Made by a program: the position numbers and the translations under genes | Assembly (NCBI GenBank): GCA_965140705.1 | Contig: OZ223300.1 | Location: 1,248,001 to 1,312,000 of the forward strand | Origin: an uncultured Arcobacter sp. | Lineage (GTDB): Bacteria > Campylobacterota > Campylobacteria > Campylobacterales > Arcobacteraceae | Direction of reading: 5' to 3' | DNA: 64,000 nucleotides | Part shown: piece by piece, positions 59,160-64,000 of the stretch | Layout: every line of letters starts with the position of its first letter | Position numbering within the stretch: position 1 is the first letter of the stretch | Notes under the pieces: model-generated | What the model was told of the DNA's origin: nothing | Seen by the model: the letters and a program-made list of their open reading frames with translations, nothing else | The model's database searches: none

Positions 59160-59180
59160 ATTGTACTAAAACTGTACAAT
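59160..59180. promoter_or_regulatory. Palindromic putative operator
   Basis: Perfect inverted repeat ATTGTAC-N7-GTACAAT. Confidence 0.55.
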
Positions 59181-59337
59181 AAAAGAATCAAAGCACAAAA
59201 CATAGACAAAAGAGAAAAAATGACTGTAAAAATATTACTAAAAGAAGAAACTGTAGTTAATAAAAAAAGCCCTAAATTAGGAGATATTAAGCTATATATA
59301 AGTTTTTTCTGTAACTTATATATACATAAATTAAACT

Positions 59338-59364
59338 TGTACAATTCATATCAAGAATTGTACA
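59338..59364. promoter_or_regulatory. Palindromic putative operator upstream of the acnB promoter
   Basis: Perfect inverted repeat TGTACAATTC-N7-GAATTGTACA; TGTTATAAT at 59383-59391. Confidence 0.6.
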
Positions 59365-59418
59365 TTAATACTCTTATGTATATGTTATAATCAAGTACAA
59401 ATTAATTAGGAGAAATAT

Positions 59419-61995
59419 ATGAGTTTAATCGCTGATTATAAAGCACATACGCAAGAGAGACTTAATGAAGGTGGTCTTCCTCCATTGGCATTAACTGCTG
59501 ATCAAACGGCACAATTGGTTGAACTATTAAAAGCAAATACTGTAGAAGATTCAGATTACGCATTAGATATGTTTAAAAATAAAATTAACCCAGGGGTGGA
59601 TGATGCTGCATATGTAAAAGCTGCATTTTTAAATGATATTGTTCAAGGGAATGTTACATGTTCTGTGATTTCTAAAGTTGAAGCAATTGAAATTTTAGGA
59701 ACAATGATGGGTGGTTTTAATGTACTTCCTTTAGTAGAAGCATTAAAAATAGAAGAAGTTGCAGCAGATGCAGCAAAACAATTGAAAAATACAATTTTAG
59801 TATATGATTCATTCAATGATGTAAAAGATTTAGCAGATGCTGGAAATAAATATGCTAAAGAAATTATTGAATCTTGGGCAAATGGTGAATGGTTTACAAA
59901 TAAACCATCTTTAGAAGAAGAAATTACTTTAACAGTATATAAGATTCCTGGTGAAACAAATACAGATGATTTATCTCCTGCAACTGTAGCATTTACAAGA
60001 GCTGATATACCATTACATGCAACAGCAATGTTACAATCAAGAATGGAAAAACCATTAGAAAAAATGGCAGAACTTAAAGAAAAAGGTTTCCCATTAGCAT
60101 ACGTTGGTGATGTTGTTGGAACTGGAAGTTCTAGAAAATCAGGTATTAATTCTGTTCAATGGCATATGGGTAGAGATATTCCAGGTGTTCCTAACAAAAG
60201 AACAGGTGGAGTTGTTATTGGTTCTATTATTGCTCCTATTTTCTTTAATACAGCAGAAGATTCAGGATGTTTACCAATTCAAGCAGATGTAGATGCACTA
60301 GAAACTGGTGATATTATTACTGTAAAACCTTATGCAGGACAAATATTAAAAGATGGAAAAGTTGTTTCTGAATTTACTTTATCTCCAAATACATTAACAG
60401 ATGAAATGAGAGCAGGTGGAAGAATTCCATTAATTATTGGTAAAGGATTAACTGCAAAAGCTAGAGAAGCTTTAGGTTTAGAAGCAAGTGATTTATTCCT
60501 TACTGCATCTCAACCAGCAGCTTCAACTACTGGATACACACAAGCTCAAAAAATGGTAGGAAGAGCGTGTGGTATGGAAGGTGTTAAACCTGGTATGTAT
60601 GTTGAGCCAATTTGTACAACTGTTGGATCACAAGATACTACAGGACCTATGACTAGAGATGAGATTAAAGAATTAGCTGCACTATCTTTTGGTGCTGATA
60701 TGGTTATGCAATCATTCTGTCATACTGCTGCTTATCCAAAGCCATCAGATATTAACTTACAACATACGCTTCCTGAATTTATTACTTCAAGAGCAGGTGT
60801 TACTTTAAGACCAGGTGATGGTGTTATTCACTCTTGGTTAAATAGATTATGTTTACCAGATACAGTTGGTACTGGTGGAGATTCTCATACAAGATTCCCA
60901 ATTGGTATTTCATTCCCTGCTGGTTCTGGTCTTGTTGCCTTTGCAGGGGTTACAGGTATGATGCCTTTAACTATGCCTGAATCTGTACATGTTAAATTTA
61001 CTGGTGAATTACAACCAGGAATTACATTAAGAGATTTAGTTAATGCTATCCCTTACCAAGCTATTAAAGATGGTTTATTAACAGTTGAGAAAAAAGGTAA
61101 GAAAAATATTTTTGCAGGTAATGTAATCGAAATTTCTGGTCTTCCACAACTTAAAGTTGAGCAAGCATTTGAACTTTCAGATGCAGCAGCAGAAAGAAGT
61201 GCAGCAGCTTGTTCTATTCAATTAGATAAAGAACCAATTATTGAGTACTTATCTTCAAATATCGCTTTAATTGAAAAAATGATTGAAGAGGGTTACCAAG
61301 ATGCTAGAACTTTACAAAGAAGAGCTGATAAAATGAAAGAATGGATTGCTAATCCTGAATTAATCACTCCAGATGAAGATGCAGAGTATTTAGCAACTAT
61401 TGAAATCAACTTAAATGAAATCACTGAGCCATTATTAGCTTGTCCTAATGATCCAGATGATGTTGATACTTTAACAAATATTTTAGCTGATCCAAAAAGA
61501 CCAACTGAAAAAATTGATGAAGTATTTGTTGGTTCTTGTATGACAAATATTGGTCTATTTAGAGCTTTAGGTGAAGTTCTTAAAGGTGAAGGTCCAGTTC
61601 CTGCAAAACTTTGGGTTGCACCACCAACAAAAATGGATCAACAACAATTAACTGAAGAGGGTTATTACTCAATATTTGGAGCAGCTGGTGCTAGACTTGA
61701 AATACCAGGATGTTCATTATGTATGGGTAACCAAGCAAATGTTGGTCAAGGTGCAGTTGTATTTAGTACATCTACTAGAAACTTTGACAACAGACTTGGT
61801 AAAGATTCTAAAGTTTATTTAGGTTCTGCAGAAGTTGCAGCATTAGCAGCACTTTTAGGAAGACTTCCAACTAAAGAAGAATACTTAAATATGGTACCTA
61901 AAAAAATCACTCCTGAAAAAAGAGATGATATTTATAAATATTTAAATTTCCACTTATTATCAGGTGATGAATTAACTAACTTAGTTCACTCTTAA
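59419..61995 (+). CDS. acnB: Aconitate hydratase B
   Basis: [56 protein letters not shown] and STRNF motifs. Confidence 0.97.
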   Translation: MSLIADYKAHTQERLNEGGLPPLALTADQTAQLVELLKANTVEDSDYALDMFKNKINPGVDDAAYVKAAFLNDIVQGNVTCSVISKVEAIEILGTMMGGFNVLPLVEALKIEEVAADAAKQLKNTILVYDSFNDVKDLADAGNKYAKEIIESWANGEWFTNKPSLEEEITLTVYKIPGETNTDDLSPATVAFTRADIPLHATAMLQSRMEKPLEKMAELKEKGFPLAYVGDVVGTGSSRKSGINSVQWHMGRDIPGVPNKRTGGVVIGSIIAPIFFNTAEDSGCLPIQADVDALETGDIITVKPYAGQILKDGKVVSEFTLSPNTLTDEMRAGGRIPLIIGKGLTAKAREALGLEASDLFLTASQPAASTTGYTQAQKMVGRACGMEGVKPGMYVEPICTTVGSQDTTGPMTRDEIKELAALSFGADMVMQSFCHTAAYPKPSDINLQHTLPEFITSRAGVTLRPGDGVIHSWLNRLCLPDTVGTGGDSHTRFPIGISFPAGSGLVAFAGVTGMMPLTMPESVHVKFTGELQPGITLRDLVNAIPYQAIKDGLLTVEKKGKKNIFAGNVIEISGLPQLKVEQAFELSDAAAERSAAACSIQLDKEPIIEYLSSNIALIEKMIEEGYQDARTLQRRADKMKEWIANPELITPDEDAEYLATIEINLNEITEPLLACPNDPDDVDTLTNILADPKRPTEKIDEVFVGSCMTNIGLFRALGEVLKGEGPVPAKLWVAPPTKMDQQQLTEEGYYSIFGAAGARLEIPGCSLCMGNQANVGQGAVVFSTSTRNFDNRLGKDSKVYLGSAEVAALAALLGRLPTKEEYLNMVPKKITPEKRDDIYKYLNFHLLSGDELTNLVHS

Positions 61996-62002
61996 TAGAT
62001 AT

Positions 62003-62035
62003 GCAAAGGGGTATTTACCTCTTTGCTTCTTTTAT
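62003..62035 (+). terminator. Terminator of acnB
   Basis: GCAAAGGGGTA-tt-TACCTCTTTGC hairpin followed by a T-rich tract. Confidence 0.65.
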
Positions 62036-62797
62036 TTTCTCTTTCAATTCTATTAAAGACTTAAAACACATAAAATCAAAATCAAGTGTATTGTATGGTA
62101 ATTTATTACCTGAATTTATCCATCCTGCATAAATATCAGCATTTTTTGCCCCTAAGATATCAGTTTCAAAAGTATCCCCAATCATAAGAGTCTCATTTTT
62201 TTGTTTATCAAACTTTGATAATATAGTATTAAAACCATAAGGGCTTGGTTTGCCTATAACTTGAACTATTTTTTTAGTATACTTTTCAATTATATCAATT
62301 AAAACTCCGCATTCTAATTCAAAACCATCTTTTACAGGAATTAATTTATCAGGATTTGCTGCTATTATTTGGGTATCTTTGCCTATTAAATTAATAGTAT
62401 TTGATATATCTTTTAGTGTAATATTATTTTCCATTCCAAGTATTACTATATTGGGATTTATACTATTTTGTCTATATTTATCATATAAAGTATCTTGTAA
62501 TTGTTTACTTCCTAGAACATAAATATTATTTAGATTATTTTCAAATAAATAGTGTTCAATTAACTTAGTAGTTGTGAAAATATTTTTTTCACTCACCTCT
62601 ATGCCACAAGTTAAAAGTTTCTCTTTATATCTGTGTATTTTGTAATTAGAGTTATTAGTAAAAAAACAGTATTCAATATTTTCTTCATCTAGATAATCAA
62701 TTATCTCTTTTGTCCCCTCTAAACTTTGATTTTCTCTATAAAAGACACCATCCAAATCAAATATAATAAAGTTTATATTATTTAAAGATTCGTACAT
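62015..62797 (-). CDS. HAD-IIA family phosphatase (NagD-like)
   Basis: FDLDGVF, TNNS, ANPD, IGKPS and MIGD...TDI motifs. Confidence 0.9.
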   Translation of the reverse strand: MYESLNNINFIIFDLDGVFYRENQSLEGTKEIIDYLDEENIEYCFFTNNSNYKIHRYKEKLLTCGIEVSEKNIFTTTKLIEHYLFENNLNNIYVLGSKQLQDTLYDKYRQNSINPNIVILGMENNITLKDISNTINLIGKDTQIIAANPDKLIPVKDGFELECGVLIDIIEKYTKKIVQVIGKPSPYGFNTILSKFDKQKNETLMIGDTFETDILGAKNADIYAGWINSGNKLPYNTLDFDFMCFKSLIELKEKIKEAKR

Positions 62798-63594
62798 TAT
62801 TTTATTCCTGTATGTAAAAATGAATTAACAAACTGTTTTTGAAAAATCAAGAATGCTAATAATAAAGGTGCAACAGATATTAAAGTTGCTGCTGATATAG
62901 TAGACCATTGAACTCCAGATTCTGGAGCTGCAAAAATTGCAAGTCCTACAGTTAATGGTTTGACATTATTTGAATTTGCAATAATAAGTGGCCATAAAAA
63001 ATTATTCCAATGGTAAGAAACCGAAACTAAAGCATAAGCTAAATATGTAGGTTTAGAAAGAGGAATATAAACTCTAAATAAAATACCAAGTTGAGAGCAA
63101 CCTTCCATTTTCGCAGCTTCATCAAGTTCCGTTGGTATGGTTTTAAAGGTTTGTCTTAAAAGAAATATTCCAAATGCTGATGCAATATAAGGTATTGCCA
63201 TTCCCCATGTTGTATCTACTAAATTAAAATATGAAATAGTTTTATAATTTTCTAAAATCAAATTTTCTGGCATAATCATTAGTTGCATCAATACTAAAAA
63301 GAAAGCAACATTTTTACCATAAAATTCAAATTTTGCAAAGGCATATGCAGCAAGGGTACATAATATCATTTGACCTATTAATATAATTGTAACTAAAGTA
63401 AAGGTATTTATCAAATAGTGCAAAAATGGAGCTTGATTCCAAGCATCATAAAAACTTTGAATACTCAATGGTGCAAATAAATCAAAATTTGCTGAATACT
63501 CTTCTGTATGAAAAGCAGCCCAAAATGTATAAAATAGTGGAAGTATCCAAATAAATGCTAATAAATAAGTTGCTATTTTTTGTAATAATTTCAT
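62797..63594 (-). CDS. Carbohydrate ABC transporter permease (UgpE/MalG-like)
   Basis: FLLRQ.F, ELDEAAKMEG and WNNFLWPL motifs. Confidence 0.92.
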   Translation of the reverse strand: MKLLQKIATYLLAFIWILPLFYTFWAAFHTEEYSANFDLFAPLSIQSFYDAWNQAPFLHYLINTFTLVTIILIGQMILCTLAAYAFAKFEFYGKNVAFFLVLMQLMIMPENLILENYKTISYFNLVDTTWGMAIPYIASAFGIFLLRQTFKTIPTELDEAAKMEGCSQLGILFRVYIPLSKPTYLAYALVSVSYHWNNFLWPLIIANSNNVKPLTVGLAIFAAPESGVQWSTISAATLISVAPLLLAFLIFQKQFVNSFLHTGIK

Positions 63595-63599
63595 AGTCT

Positions 63600-64000
63600 C
63601 TACTTGTAGTGAATTTTTTTCTCAATTAATCCAAATTGAATTAAAGAGATGAGTATTAAAAGTATAAGTAATACCATTGTAAGTGTTGCTGCATAAGAAT
63701 AATCAAAAAATGAAAAGGCAACATCATATATATAATAAAGCAGTAAATTTGAGGCATTGTCTGGACCACCTTTTGTAAGTATAAATAAGTGGTCAATCAT
63801 CTTAAATGAGTTGATTAAAGCATTAATCATAACAAAAAATGTTGTTGGCATCAAAAGAGGAAAAGTAACCTTTGTAAATGTCATCCAAGGTGATGAACCT
63901 TCTATTTTGGAAGCTTCATATAACTCTTTTGGGATACTTTGAAGAGCTGCTAAATAAAAGATCATAAAAAATCCAGCTTCTTTCCATACAGTCATAACTA
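63600..64000 (-). CDS. Carbohydrate ABC transporter permease (UgpA/MalF-like), C-terminal part
   Basis: WKEAGF, LQSIPKELYEASKIEG and LTKGGP motifs; runs off the window edge. Confidence 0.9.
   Translation of the reverse strand, partial: VMTVWKEAGFFMIFYLAALQSIPKELYEASKIEGSSPWMTFTKVTFPLLMPTTFFVMINALINSFKMIDHLFILTKGGPDNASNLLLYYIYDVAFSFFDYSYAATLTMVLLILLILISLIQFGLIEKKIHYK

Noticed and set aside
59156..59344. 62-aa minus-strand ORF in the fad/acnB spacer
   Set aside because: No convincing SD or motif; it lies in an AT-rich promoter region across the putative operators.
1..64000. CRISPR arrays, tRNA/rRNA genes, IS elements, prophage genes
   Set aside because: By eye I found no repeat-spacer array, no GC-rich structured RNA block and no transposase, integrase or phage ORF; small ncRNAs cannot be excluded without an Infernal/Rfam scan.

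Overview
Very AT-rich, densely coding chromosomal segment from a Campylobacterota bacterium, most likely Arcobacteraceae. This is inferred from the NavAb-like sodium channel, the AcnB and YebC sequences and the TGnTATAAT promoters; no database search was run. I found no rRNA, tRNA, CRISPR array, prophage or IS element. Main blocks: (1) 1-10.7 kb: end of one TRAP system, then a full TRAP operon (dctPQM) with a nitrilase-family amidase, an RraA/HMG-aldolase-family protein and a DUF1445 protein, a Cache two-component system and pxpABC 5-oxoprolinase; the promoters share a CACAC-rich motif. (2) 10.7-22 kb: mixed genes (DedA, dbpA, degenerate GGDEF, parvulin, NavAb-type channel, SAMHD1-like HD protein with a probable ATA start, an unannotated 38-aa Cys-rich protein, PIN-PhoH, RraA, cold-shock protein, Dsb/thioredoxin proteins). 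(3) 22.3-32.3 kb: a non-canonical AI-2 kinase (lsrK) locus with a cupin, an LsrG-like ABM protein, a stand-alone class II aldolase, and a PotABCD-fold importer with a basic binding pocket co-transcribed with a glycerophosphodiesterase. (4) 32-49 kb: envelope and housekeeping genes, including a probably frameshifted hypothetical gene. (5) 49-59 kb: a complete beta-oxidation operon extended by an acyltransferase-lipase fusion and a YiiD-type thioesterase, divergent from acnB across a palindrome-rich spacer. (6) End of a carbohydrate ABC operon with a HAD-IIA phosphatase. The best candidates for undescribed systems are the lsrK locus and the TRAP/amidase/aldolase/DUF1445/pxpABC lactam catabolic cluster.
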